Source of the DNA: a virus
Direction: 5' to 3' (one strand)
IMG/VR virus record: IMGVR_UViG_3300009370_000007
Span: 43,023-107,022 of that record
DNA: 64,000 nt
Positions within the stretch are counted from its first letter, which is position 1. The number at the start of each line of letters is the position of its first letter. Positions 39,501 through 48,864 of this stretch are shown piece after piece. Both the position numbers and the translations under genes were made by a program. The notes beneath the pieces are model-generated. The model made no database searches, had not been told where the DNA came from, and saw only the letters and a list, made by a program, of their open reading frames with translations.

Positions 39501-41286
39501 GTCGATATGTATTGTCTTGGATATAGGCACTCTTAGTTGAAAGCAATCCAGTTTCCCCAATAAATTCTCCGGCATCAGCAATTGCCGAAAGCTCTTCAAT
39601 CTTTACATAGTCAATTTGAGTAATATCAGCTCCACCATTTATATTGGTTTCAATTCTGGGTCTAATATAATCAACGTAATAATTTAATTCAACTGGAGAA
39701 TCAACAGAATAATATGTTCTTGTTGCACTCGATCCTCCATAATCGCCTATTGCACCAAATGTTGCATTAGTGTCAAATCCGCCCGAACCATTCGCAGTCG
39801 TCTGAATACCTTGGGGCACTTTTCCTTGTATGTGAGTTTCATAAACAAACCATTCTGGAGATAACGGAATCCCATTAACCAACAAATCATGTTGAGAATA
39901 TGATAATGTATCTTTATTAGTTGTGCTATTAGAAAATGCAACAACTTTATTTTGAGCAGGAAAATAGCGAGCAGCATGGCCAGCAAGACTAATTTTATTT
40001 TTTTGAATTCCTTGAATTCCCCATCTATTCCTAGATGCTCTTAGGCCTTCGCTTCCTGTGTCATACCAATCTCCATCTGGGTAAACGATTGAGGATGTAT
40101 TTCCAGATTTTGCATAGTCTCTTGCTCGAACGGTCATTCGATATAGTTTTGTTGGATCATATGGAATATTTTGAGTATGAATTAAATCTACAGAATCCCA
40201 ATCTTCTCCCGATGCTATCCAAGAACTATCTGGAGCAAAATTATTTCCTATTTGAAGAACCCTTCCACCAGAAACATTATCTTCGGCAACAAATTGAATA
40301 ACTCCATTTCCTTGATAATTAAACCAAAACCCAGTATTGGAAACTCCACCCAAGGTAGAATTTCCAACTCCAGTCAAATAAATTGGAATTGGATGAGAAG
40401 CCAAATTAACAGTATTCCCTCCCGGCCCCCAAGGAACATTAAACGATGCATTCGATAATGGTCCGCGATTATCATCGGGCGAAATGAAAAACATAGAATT
40501 TGGATAGGTACTAAAATCATCAAAGAAAACTGTGTTGGATACAATAGGAAGAATCTTGGCAACTACATTTGCCTTTCCATCGGCACTTCCAGTAAAAATA
40601 TTTTCATGAATTTGAAATGTTCCAAGCATTGAATCTGTATTTAAATACAAAGTAGTTTTATGAACTTCTTTTGAGGAAAGATATTCAGGATCATAAAGAG
40701 AAGAATTTGCAGCAAAGGGGGGTGCCGGGTGAGCGACGGCTCGTTCAACAACTGCCGTGGCCCCAGAAGATTCTCCAGTAATTTTTCTATTTTCCATAAT
40801 GGCACTATTGGCTGGTGCCGTAATAAACATCTTCTTTTCAGCAATCCAATTCCCACCACTGGCCAATAGCAAATCTACTTTCGGATAATATAATTCAACA
40901 TCTTCCCCATATATAACTCGAAATAAAAATTTAAATGAATCTTCGGAACCCTTTGTATGATAAAAATCTAATAGTCTCTTATAAAGAGTTCTACGATTAA
41001 TACCCGAATCTGTAATTTTGGACGGAAGAGTTGGAGAAAACTCTTTACGAGTTGATTCTAAAAATAACTCAAAATCTGTATAGTCGGGATCGCGATAATC
41101 CACCAATTTTTTGGATGCATATAGAGGGCCAGCCATATCGGATACTGCGGTTGGCTGTTCCATAAATGCATAGTATTTCTCTAAAAAAGTAATAAATTTT
41201 GGATGTTTGGCCCGAACAAATTCGGGAAGCTGCTCAGATACAACTAAAGAAATTTTATTTGTGTTTGCGGTATTCGCATTTGCCAT
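36499..41286 (-). CDS. gp7: Baseplate wedge gp7-like protein with C-terminal TolB-like beta-propeller, CBM-like and LamG-like domains
   Basis: QLPEFVR...FLEKYYAFME, FYHTKGSEDSFKFLFRVIYG, IQDN.Y...YEIKS...VHPVG; then PAWSPDG/PRYSPDG/PVWSPDG repeats; ends GQIAEILVFNKKL...IEGYLAHKYGL. Confidence 0.82.
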   Translation of the reverse strand: MANANTANTNKISLVVSEQLPEFVRAKHPKFITFLEKYYAFMEQPTAVSDMAGPLYASKKLVDYRDPDYTDFELFLESTRKEFSPTLPSKITDSGINRRTLYKRLLDFYHTKGSEDSFKFLFRVIYGEDVELYYPKVDLLLASGGNWIAEKKMFITAPANSAIMENRKITGESSGATAVVERAVAHPAPPFAANSSLYDPEYLSSKEVHKTTLYLNTDSMLGTFQIHENIFTGSADGKANVVAKILPIVSNTVFFDDFSTYPNSMFFISPDDNRGPLSNASFNVPWGPGGNTVNLASHPIPIYLTGVGNSTLGGVSNTGFWFNYQGNGVIQFVAEDNVSGGRVLQIGNNFAPDSSWIASGEDWDSVDLIHTQNIPYDPTKLYRMTVRARDYAKSGNTSSIVYPDGDWYDTGSEGLRASRNRWGIQGIQKNKISLAGHAARYFPAQNKVVAFSNSTTNKDTLSYSQHDLLVNGIPLSPEWFVYETHIQGKVPQGIQTTANGSGGFDTNATFGAIGDYGGSSATRTYYSVDSPVELNYYVDYIRPRIETNINGGADITQIDYVKIEELSAIADAGEFIGETGLLSTKSAYIQDNTYRHDYAYEIKSEKELAEYQGFVKESVHPVGTEMFGNKLQNSFLNTSYLLNDVRPGDRINITNTPTTSYTGMERGPAWSPDGTQIAFYYGGSNDPDGIHIMNADGSGITQITTGNDSFPGWKPTGDQLTFTRHDGSNYNVYKVNPDGTSVTELTDDSGVDWMSSWETTGLTGFGPMGQTGIVFVSTRSGNYEIYTVSSGPSTIVENLIYSDGGTIQNPRYSPDGERIVFNSDAGGTGHEIYTIDKNGTDLKRLTNKEGPISSGNYGDNHSPVWSPDGNYIAFVSERESYPTAGNKLFIMDSDGLNQTLFSDGNRHGQEGDSAIYGLDWHNSLSQGNRIVYAADRSGQDEIGGRAQNIIILELFSRISTNMEDSFSPDQLDSLASWWKADAITADNLDFGVNVPGINDTKNLFKVGYSNWEVNSLPTLFSQNATISLDNDSFLFGNTSLKAVVTGGSSGSPAYGYAYITGNPYINSGTNLIAANQSYFQTAITANTKWLFSAYWKTDNNDYVQATGSNHLPGNTGELYVATGNNYGGRGYPSAVFQFPITKMQANNTWERVQGIIDLSGIDDTKLAIRLDFNGSIETGVDITHYVDGIQLEHYDSSVHGLYGNATHDSSDVRYRPTSYALPGMNGANVMSWNDSSINEHHLYSNTHGTDGNNPSSAYMAGDDDLYFVRPPLYLANAVNGHPAIHFQGPTVNAQSWSVDTHHGMSGADVGGGRRGLQANTYRWSPQRRDSVSSILMANTHLGNSNALARPVANSWSVFVVCKGSLHANSLNYTSNLQLISSGAGKVGNPTAGGSGGIDLSIGLTAFTRNGSLVTQAKSTASGGFINIEPKANVAFEGNQIANTNEWNIFGYSEYAHNGASTTVPTEAINFHINGLLVSNTNSRLDFGSAWGVSESDNTWYNLTKDGLNEAESDSLVTSVGGARRMDYTSFYGDAYNPYDGQIAEILVFNKKLANNQIAKIEGYLAHKYGLTDKLNQRDNTGTHPYKTALPPEIGD

Positions 41287-41303
41287 TATATTTTCAATTC
41301 CTA

Positions 41304-43124
41304 TTAATAGTTAGGCGAAAGATTATCATTAGTAATTTTCAAATCATCAATCATTGTGGTGGTTAAATCTTTATCTAAAATAGTGAGAATAGAATTTTCT
41401 TTTGAAAATATATTTGTGTTTTTTGGAATGACAGTAATACTAATTACCCTGGTTCCATCTGCAATTGCAGTTGGAGCAAAATTCTCAAGGACTACCACTC
41501 CAGTTGTATAGTCGATTGTTCCTGCACTTCGACTAATCACGACGAGTGATCCATCAGAATTTCTTGAAAATATACCAACCATGCCATTAAAATCTTGCAA
41601 AAAACAATTTGCATAGCCAGCATAATTGAAGTATGTCGATACAATAACTGACATATGCGATGAATGGGGATGATATATTTCATTATTAAAATTTATTGTA
41701 TAATACAAACTCGTATTTAATGTGGGCAGGATTTCCTTTCTCAAACGAACCGACACAGAACTATTTTTAATTCCAATATTGGTGGCATCAATCTTTTTTA
41801 ATAAATTTGAATGTCTAAAATAATTATCAAACTTATTCAAATCTGTCAGGGCAAATCCAGTCACGGTCGTTGTTACATCAGACTTTAATTGGGCCCATTT
41901 TCTAGTTGTTGCCCTTTTATCATAAGTAACTTCTGCATTTAAAACCAAATACATATACTCAGGATCAACAAATACTGGTTCTACAGTAACCATATTTCTG
42001 CTGCTCAGGGCAGTTTTAATATTTTCTTTTTCTAGCCTAGATAAATTAAATCCTTCCTTCACCTTAATTGCAATATAAACTTTTCCATATGAAGGAGGAT
42101 TGTTTTCTTCTCCTCCCCAAACTTTAATTGCATCAATCGAAGGATAATCATTAATTAGTTGTGTTTTATAATCCTGAGAAGTTACTATTCTTTTTTGAGT
42201 TTCAAATCCTCTTGGGGCCTTCAGTTTAATTGAATGTGTTGATTCTCTCGATGTCCCCCCTGATGCCGGATTTGCAAGATTACTAAGAACAAATGTTGGA
42301 TTTTTTCCTGCAATGTTTTGGGCAGCAGTAAACTCCCTTGTATAATTTCCTTCGACCCCAAGTAGAGAAATGCCATAATCAATTTTAACCGCATCCCCAA
42401 CATCAATTGCCATTCCAACTATACCGTCTCCAAAGAAAATTTGAAATAGTTCATCGTCTCCCTCTTGAAGAAAATATACTTTGCTATTGGAATCAAGTTC
42501 TGTATAATCAGAAGCCAAATTATATTTTTCGCCATTTACAGTAACATCTAATGATCGAGTATCCACATTTATATTTGGAATTGTGAACAACTCATTTTCT
42601 GTTCCAGCAGCTACTTTGGAATATGTCAGCAATACCCCTTCTCTAATGGGAACTGACTTTGCAATGTAGGTTGTTGTTAATCCAGATCGCTTTGCAGTAA
42701 CAGCCTCAGTTGTTGTAAAAATATGAAGTTTCTCATTAATAGTAGATCCAACTTTGTGTCCTTTTGCAATAGTAATTTCGGCTGCACCAGAAGAAACATC
42801 TTCAATAGTAATATCAACTACTGCCTCGGCTCCTGCCCTAGAATGAGGAACATAACCAAGTTGTTTTGCTCTGGATACAACATTGGATCGAATAGTTGCA
42901 CTATCCAAAAACATTTCGCTGGCCAACATATTTGTATAGAATGCATTATAATGTGTATTATATGCAAGAATATCTAAAAGAACTGCCATACCAGAACTCT
43001 CGAAATTATAATCTGTAAATTCATCTTGACCACTCAAGTAATCTTTGAGTGCCTCTTTAATAAGATCAAAATCAAGTTCTGTAACTTTTAATTTATTTGT
43101 TGCTGTTGTATTAATTGTTGCCAT
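41304..43124 (-). CDS. gp6: Baseplate wedge subunit gp6
   Basis: ELDFDLIKEALKDYL...FTDYNFE.SGM.VLLDILAYNTHY; FGDGIVG; VWGGEENNPPSYGKVYI. Confidence 0.95.
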   Translation of the reverse strand: MATINTTATNKLKVTELDFDLIKEALKDYLSGQDEFTDYNFESSGMAVLLDILAYNTHYNAFYTNMLASEMFLDSATIRSNVVSRAKQLGYVPHSRAGAEAVVDITIEDVSSGAAEITIAKGHKVGSTINEKLHIFTTTEAVTAKRSGLTTTYIAKSVPIREGVLLTYSKVAAGTENELFTIPNINVDTRSLDVTVNGEKYNLASDYTELDSNSKVYFLQEGDDELFQIFFGDGIVGMAIDVGDAVKIDYGISLLGVEGNYTREFTAAQNIAGKNPTFVLSNLANPASGGTSRESTHSIKLKAPRGFETQKRIVTSQDYKTQLINDYPSIDAIKVWGGEENNPPSYGKVYIAIKVKEGFNLSRLEKENIKTALSSRNMVTVEPVFVDPEYMYLVLNAEVTYDKRATTRKWAQLKSDVTTTVTGFALTDLNKFDNYFRHSNLLKKIDATNIGIKNSSVSVRLRKEILPTLNTSLYYTINFNNEIYHPHSSHMSVIVSTYFNYAGYANCFLQDFNGMVGIFSRNSDGSLVVISRSAGTIDYTTGVVVLENFAPTAIADGTRVISITVIPKNTNIFSKENSILTILDKDLTTTMIDDLKITNDNLSPNY

Positions 43125-43513
43125 TATCGTGCTCTCTCCAATAAAAATTCGAGTTTTCGTTCAACAGGAGAATTAATAATAAAAAACTTCAGAAAAACAT
43201 AATATCCATTTAAATTTGGCTTTGCGTCTACCTTTACTTCCGTTAAATCGACTCTTGGCTCAAAGGTATTAATTGCATCTTTAATAATTTCAATTAAATC
43301 TAATGCAAAAGTAGGATGAATTGGTTCAAATAATGTACGATTAATATCTGATCCAAATTGAGGATTAAATGGTCTTTCATATCTATCTGTAAACAACAAA
43401 TATTGTACTGCGCGTAGGATGGCAGCATCGTCCGTCTTCACATTTAAGTTTCCAGTATTTGGATTAGCGACAAAATCTAAATCTAGATCCCTGTAAGATT
43501 GTGCATACGGCAA
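43124..43513 (-). CDS. gp25: Baseplate wedge subunit gp25
   Basis: YRDLDLDF..NP...ERPFNPQFGS...INTFEPRV. Confidence 0.93.
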   Translation of the reverse strand: MPYAQSYRDLDLDFVANPNTGNLNVKTDDAAILRAVQYLLFTDRYERPFNPQFGSDINRTLFEPIHPTFALDLIEIIKDAINTFEPRVDLTEVKVDAKPNLNGYYVFLKFFIINSPVERKLEFLLERAR

Positions 43514-43531
43514 TGGTCAACTCCTTTTCTT

Positions 43532-43542
43532 TACTATTTATA
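43532..43542 (-). promoter_or_regulatory. T4-type late promoter TATAAATAGTA upstream of gp25
   Basis: Plus strand tactatttata, followed on the minus strand by an AAGGAG RBS. Confidence 0.85.
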
Positions 43543-43560
43543 CATTACTTTGCGCTGAAA

Positions 43561-44715
43561 TTATCCTGGGACTTTCAATGCTCCAACGGCTGCTGCTCTC
43601 CCGGCGATACCCTCGCTGTAGGCTTTTCCTTCAGCAACACCGACCATTCCATCCCAATTGCCCCGAATCGTATCTTCTTCATCAATTGCTCCTATATCCA
43701 CTCCAGTAACATCTGCCATCGTAATTATTCCCTTGGCTCCGATCATCATATCAGCCCCAGAAGACACTAATATAGGACCTACTGTAGACATAAGAGTTAA
43801 ATGAGATGCTGTAACCTTTGCGCCGGCCGGAGAAAATACATTAATTCCAAGTGTAGTTACAGGATTTCCTGTGGCAAATATATCAACATCTTGTGCTGTA
43901 AATAAAGAACAACTTCCAGTCACCTGAATTTTACAAGATCCAACAACATTAAGAGAGTCGTCCCCAAGAACAGCAGTAAAATTGTCCTTGACCACCTTTG
44001 TTACCTTGCCGCCGTCAGGATGAATCTCATAAAAGGTTCCTGTCCTATGGGATTCCTTGATGCGTTCGGCTCCGGGGGTGTCATCAACTTCTCGAATGTG
44101 TCCGCTCTCGCTTTCTTCTACTGTATTAAATGGATACTTTGCAGCGTATGGGGACATCGGTTCTATTTTAAATCCCTTCATAGTAATAACTGCGGTAAGA
44201 CCGTATGATTGTGCTTCTGTAATAGTATTTTTAGTTATTCCCCTCGCCAATCTAGGAGTATTCATTTCTCCTTCATCTAATGGATAATAATCAGAAGCCG
44301 GGGCATTCATGGCAAAAAGAGGCGTCATTAAAACTTTTGCCTTTTGGGGTTGGCCAGGAATGGGTTGCCCGGCCCCGGCTCGATCATCAGAAAATCCTTG
44401 GGTCCCAGGAGTTCTTGCTGGATTAGCAGAAATAACAGTCTCACCACTTCCAGAGAAACCCCCCATAATTCCAGCACTAACAGCAGTACCAATAGCTGCA
44501 CCTCCAACACCACCTCCCAAAATTGCACTAGTGGCTCCTCCAGCCAAAGAAGCAGCCTGAGACTCTAAGGTTCCTTGGACTGACCCCACCATCCCATTAA
44601 GAGAATCAGTTGCTCCCAAAACCGAAGTAGGCTGATACCCAGGAGGCAACTCACCATAATGAAGATCCTCAGGTCCTGATGGAGTATAAAAAATATCTTC
44701 AGGGTTGCGTATCAT
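43561..44715 (-). CDS. gp5: Baseplate spike gp5, C-terminal part (beta-helix region)
   Basis: YPFNTVEESESGHIREVDDTPGAERIKESHRTGTFYEIHPDG.KVTKVV; has its own RBS. Confidence 0.85.
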   Translation of the reverse strand: MIRNPEDIFYTPSGPEDLHYGELPPGYQPTSVLGATDSLNGMVGSVQGTLESQAASLAGGATSAILGGGVGGAAIGTAVSAGIMGGFSGSGETVISANPARTPGTQGFSDDRAGAGQPIPGQPQKAKVLMTPLFAMNAPASDYYPLDEGEMNTPRLARGITKNTITEAQSYGLTAVITMKGFKIEPMSPYAAKYPFNTVEESESGHIREVDDTPGAERIKESHRTGTFYEIHPDGGKVTKVVKDNFTAVLGDDSLNVVGSCKIQVTGSCSLFTAQDVDIFATGNPVTTLGINVFSPAGAKVTASHLTLMSTVGPILVSSGADMMIGAKGIITMADVTGVDIGAIDEEDTIRGNWDGMVGVAEGKAYSEGIAGRAAAVGALKVPG

Positions 44716-44736
44716 TTTGTAATCTCCCTTCTCCTA

Positions 44737-45603
44737 TTAGCCAATCCAATAATCTGAGTAATCGGAAGTATCAATAGACTCTGATGAATCAAACAAATCT
44801 GAAACGGTATCCGTCGCGTCTTCAACAAACCCTTCAACTGCTTCTCCCACAGTATCCCCCACCTCTCCAATGACCGTCTCTGCTTTTACAATTACTCCTT
44901 CAGCCCACGTTGTTGCAGTTTCTCCCCACTGTTCAACAACAATCGTTGCGGGCTCAACAAGATTCATTGCGTCGTCCCATAATTCTTCTCCGGCTTCTGT
45001 TACTACTCCTACAGCTTCATCCACCAATCCTTCAAATGCTTCTGTAAATTCTTGAACTACGCCCTCAACTGCTCCAACAATAGGATCTATTACTGCACTA
45101 ACTGTATCTTCCACAAAACCAACAACAGTATCTACCTGCTCTTCAACAAAAGCAGTGGCCACTGCCACCTGTTCGGTCAAAGCACCAAGAACAGGAATGT
45201 CGGCTGTAACTGTGGCAGCAAGGGGAACAGCAGCAGTCAACGGACCTGCAACTGCAATTGCCGTACTTACCATGCTCATGGCTGAGAAATCTCCCGCTTC
45301 ACCCGCAATATCATTTCGTCCTGTATTAATTGCCCCCAACATCACTCGGTCTTGTGCTTCTATCCCATCCCTAAAAAATCCCAGAACTCTTGTTCCGGGT
45401 TTGAGTCCAAAAATCTTACTTGGGCTATTTAAAGGCAGCATAGGATATGCCCAAGGAAGATCCCTTGTTGGAACATCTCCTTTATTTCCACTATCCCAAC
45501 CAAGACATCGAACTCGACACCTTCCAATGGCAAGCGGATCAGTATTGTCCTCGACAACACCTTCCCACCAAACAAATCCTTCAACTCCAAATCCAGTTTT
45601 CAT
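44737..45603 (-). CDS. gp5: Baseplate spike gp5, N-terminal OB-fold part plus acidic low-complexity tail
   Basis: FVWWEGVVEDNTDPLAIGRCRVRCLG...LPWA...VLGFFRDG. Confidence 0.85.
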   Translation of the reverse strand: MKTGFGVEGFVWWEGVVEDNTDPLAIGRCRVRCLGWDSGNKGDVPTRDLPWAYPMLPLNSPSKIFGLKPGTRVLGFFRDGIEAQDRVMLGAINTGRNDIAGEAGDFSAMSMVSTAIAVAGPLTAAVPLAATVTADIPVLGALTEQVAVATAFVEEQVDTVVGFVEDTVSAVIDPIVGAVEGVVQEFTEAFEGLVDEAVGVVTEAGEELWDDAMNLVEPATIVVEQWGETATTWAEGVIVKAETVIGEVGDTVGEAVEGFVEDATDTVSDLFDSSESIDTSDYSDYWIG

Positions 45604-45607
45604 AAGA

Positions 45608-46909
45608 CTACCCCGTCCAGCCTGGATCTGGTAATTTAGACGAAAACGAATCAGTAGAAAGTTCCATAGTCATTGTATGATTAGGAGAATTTTCAAGTGC
45701 AGCAATGGTATGGCGAAGTGCAGTAATCAAATATTTTCCAGTTAAATACTTGTCCGCTGATGGAGCAACATCCTCCCCACCGGAAGCCTCATATGCGGGA
45801 AAAGAAAACGTAACAACATCTCCAACTGCCCTACCAGTATTCCCCGGAACAACTACTTCTGCCATAACACTATTTAATTGTTGAAATTGAGATTTTCTCT
45901 CCATTATAACCTCGTCCAAATGATTCCCCTCATCATCTTCTCCAAAGGCATTAAGTTGCTTTGGGAGCAAAGTAACATGACTGGTAACAAAATCCCCAAG
46001 TATCTCATTGTTTGTTAACTTTGATTTATTTAAATGACTAAAATCATCAAAGGTATCCGCATAATTAAAATACTTGGTATCAATTTTTCGATTTACTAAA
46101 TCATTAGAAATTAATTTTCCTGAAAACATTCCACGCTGAAGTCCAGCTATTGAATCTGGAGAAGATATAAATTTATACGATTCAGCATTATAAAAATCTG
46201 CCGTCATTTTATTTTCTTTCGCATCAGCCATGTTTTTAATTCCATAAAAGTAACTAGCCAAAGGAGGAGTGCTGAATAAAGTTTCCATTGAAACAAAAAC
46301 AAAGGCATCTCTCCGTTCAAAAAATACATAGTTCGCTCCGCCATGTTTATCAGATTTAGCTCCCTTTGCGAGCCAATTCAAAGTAAAAAAAGGAGTCCAA
46401 CTAGGAACAAGAACACTTCTGGTAAATGTTGTAGGCTCAACGACAATTTTTTTATTTCGTACTGGTTCAAGATAATCTTTATATACTTGCTCGGCAATAT
46501 CAGAGAGAAGTTTGGTTTTATATGCCTTACTAATTTTCAATCCAGTAGAATAAATTTTTTCTGGAGATGAAAAATGTAGAACGTAACCAATTTGACCATC
46601 TCCTAGCGGACCCCTATCTGAAATTTTATAAATTCTACCTTCAACTTTTAAAGCATCTTCATTTTCAAGAGACGGAGTAATAATTTCAATTTCAATTTTT
46701 TCATTTCCAACCAAAGGTGCCTTTCCAATTAAATTTAAAGAATCTGCAATGAAGATTGCCCCTGTAACACAATCCTCATAGATGTCTTCAAAAATATCAA
46801 TAGTTTGATACATATGCTCAAGTCGAAATGAATCACCAGAAGAAGAAATTATTCTTAATTTTTTTATTCTTACATCACCAGGACGTTGGGCTCTATTCTC
46901 TTCCGCCAT
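45608..46909 (-). CDS. Baseplate hub protein (gp27-like)
   Basis: Position between gp53 and gp5; IDIFEDIY...G.IFIAD; YVFFE; VPGN...VGDVV...GKYLITALRH. Confidence 0.72.
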   Translation of the reverse strand: MAEENRAQRPGDVRIKKLRIISSSGDSFRLEHMYQTIDIFEDIYEDCVTGAIFIADSLNLIGKAPLVGNEKIEIEIITPSLENEDALKVEGRIYKISDRGPLGDGQIGYVLHFSSPEKIYSTGLKISKAYKTKLLSDIAEQVYKDYLEPVRNKKIVVEPTTFTRSVLVPSWTPFFTLNWLAKGAKSDKHGGANYVFFERRDAFVFVSMETLFSTPPLASYFYGIKNMADAKENKMTADFYNAESYKFISSPDSIAGLQRGMFSGKLISNDLVNRKIDTKYFNYADTFDDFSHLNKSKLTNNEILGDFVTSHVTLLPKQLNAFGEDDEGNHLDEVIMERKSQFQQLNSVMAEVVVPGNTGRAVGDVVTFSFPAYEASGGEDVAPSADKYLTGKYLITALRHTIAALENSPNHTMTMELSTDSFSSKLPDPGWTG

Positions 46910-46913
46910 ATTA

Positions 46914-47537
46914 TTACCTTACCTTACTTCTCACCAAGGCCTCAAATTCTTCCTCAAATTGTGGCAAGTAATCTCGACGTAACAATTTAATAGTTCGTCG
47001 CTTATCATTTTCAGCAATCTCATAATCATATTGCATAACTTCCTTTCTCGCCTGTTCTACATTAAAATCATATGGTGCTGCTCCAGTACCATAAGAATAA
47101 GTAAAATCTTCTGGAACTTCAATTCCAGATTCTAGGACAACATCCCCTTGAGTATATCCAAACGAAGAATCGGGAGCAAGAAGCTCGCGAGTTTCATAAT
47201 GATGAATCTTTGACATGGCAGAAGAAACCGATCCATATTTGTTTGCTATATAAGATTTCAATTCTTTATCAGATAACATCCAATCAAATTTTGGATCTAC
47301 AATATCATTAAAAAGAAGAACCACCCAAGTAAAATCAGTTGATCCATAATATTTCCATGCAACAATCTCTGGAGTCTGGCCTTCCATTACATCATAAGTA
47401 TAAAATATGGCCCTATCTGATTTTGCTTCTAATCGAGCCCGAACACTAGTAAAAATATTAGTAACCACCTTTGATTGCATTGAATCATCAAAGGCACCAT
47501 ATCGTATGGTAGGAATTGTTCTAAAATATTTTGCCAT
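46914..47537 (-). CDS. gp53: Baseplate wedge subunit gp53
   Basis: MAKYFRTIPTIRY; TPEIVAWKYYGS...WVVLLFNDIVDP..DW; IHHYET; YEIAENDKRRTIKLL. Confidence 0.92.
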   Translation of the reverse strand: MAKYFRTIPTIRYGAFDDSMQSKVVTNIFTSVRARLEAKSDRAIFYTYDVMEGQTPEIVAWKYYGSTDFTWVVLLFNDIVDPKFDWMLSDKELKSYIANKYGSVSSAMSKIHHYETRELLAPDSSFGYTQGDVVLESGIEVPEDFTYSYGTGAAPYDFNVEQARKEVMQYDYEIAENDKRRTIKLLRRDYLPQFEEEFEALVRSKVR

Positions 47538-47539
47538 AT

Positions 47540-48820
47540 TTAATATCCACCCTTCGCGCCATCAGCCTGCTGAAAATCAGCCTTGGTCATTTGCTCTAGT
47601 TCAACAAAATTAAGAGTCAAATCAGTTTCAACAGGATGACCATCATAAAATGTTGCATTAACTCCCGCACCTGCATAATTTACATCAACACTTGTGCAGG
47701 CGCACATTCTAATTTTATGAAGTTTTGCTTGATTCCAATATTCGATACCAAATTGATTTGGATATTGCCAAAAGGCTCCATAAGAGGAACTTTCGTAAAA
47801 AGAAGGAGCAGAATAAAATTTAAATGCTCGAATAATAGCCTGAACTTCATTGGCTTCTTTTTGATTTCTAGGAGAAAACTTAAAGGTGAATGAAAAATTT
47901 CTAAATTCAACTCCATTAAAAAATTGTTCCATGTGAGGATTGACTGCAATCTTATCGTATTCCTTTAATCCCAGTTGAACAAGCGATTCCTGCCCAATTA
48001 TTCCGGCTGCTTTTTGAAGCCCAGCTATGGCTGCGCTGCCGGTGCCAGTCCCAACAGCAGATCCCGCAATTTCCCAACCAGAAGCTCCCCGCTTAAATTG
48101 CTTCACTCCTTGTTTTATCATCGCCCCAACCTGGCCAAGTTCTCCTGCGGCCCAATTTGCACGATAACTTTCATTTATTTGATGGGGCATATACAAAATA
48201 ATTTGTCCAATACTTTGTTTACTGAATCCACTCAACCCACCAAGACCAGATGCAATTGCTCCAATGCTTCCTGGCAAATCCGCTATTCCTCCAAGTTGAC
48301 CCATTCCCTCGTCCACAAACCCCCCGATGGTGGCACTTCCTAAATCCCCCAACCCAACAGCAGAAGTTACGCTATCCATTGCTCCACCGACAGCACCAGT
48401 AACAGAATCAACGGCTCCTGTTACTGCGTTAACTGCTCCGCCAACAGCATTAAGAGCACCAGAAATTCCTCCTCCAATAGCAGAACCCACATCACTATTT
48501 TTAATTTCACTAAGAACATTATTTAAAAATCCGCCTTCGGTGTTTTCTTCTGGGGAATTTCTTCCAGAAGATTTAAGTTTTGCTCCATGAACAGAGTGAA
48601 CAGTAAAGCGAACAAAATGTCCCTCTTCAGGGCCCTCGACATCTAATGGGTATCTTAAGTTTAGTCTAGCAAATTTATCCGTATGTAGGCCTACAAATTG
48701 CCCAGAGCCGGTTACGCCTTCAAAGGCTCCACTAAAATCAGCATAGGCTTCTTTGGCTCCAGCGACGAGGCCTCCCCCTCCTCCTTCTGCCGAATCTCCC
48801 GTTACATCTCCTTCACTCAT
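47540..48820 (-). CDS. gp48: Baseplate tail-tube cap gp48 with Gly-rich insertion
   Basis: LRYPLD; IILYMP; NPHMEQFFNGVEFRNFSFTFKFSPRNQKEA; PVETDLTLNFVELE. Confidence 0.88.
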   Translation of the reverse strand: MSEGDVTGDSAEGGGGGLVAGAKEAYADFSGAFEGVTGSGQFVGLHTDKFARLNLRYPLDVEGPEEGHFVRFTVHSVHGAKLKSSGRNSPEENTEGGFLNNVLSEIKNSDVGSAIGGGISGALNAVGGAVNAVTGAVDSVTGAVGGAMDSVTSAVGLGDLGSATIGGFVDEGMGQLGGIADLPGSIGAIASGLGGLSGFSKQSIGQIILYMPHQINESYRANWAAGELGQVGAMIKQGVKQFKRGASGWEIAGSAVGTGTGSAAIAGLQKAAGIIGQESLVQLGLKEYDKIAVNPHMEQFFNGVEFRNFSFTFKFSPRNQKEANEVQAIIRAFKFYSAPSFYESSSYGAFWQYPNQFGIEYWNQAKLHKIRMCACTSVDVNYAGAGVNATFYDGHPVETDLTLNFVELEQMTKADFQQADGAKGGY

Positions 48821-48856
48821 TTCTTCCCCTTTTAACTTAAAAAATAGACCTACATA

Positions 48857-48864
48857 TATTTATG
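48857..48864 (-). promoter_or_regulatory. Late promoter variant CATAAATA for gp48, overlapping the divergent gp4 start
   Basis: Plus strand tatttatg at the divergence point. Confidence 0.6.

Noticed and set aside
44734-44739. Stop-codon reassignment or readthrough explaining the gp5 split
   Set aside because: TAA, TAG and TGA all end genes normally in this window, and two tandem stops are followed by an RBS.
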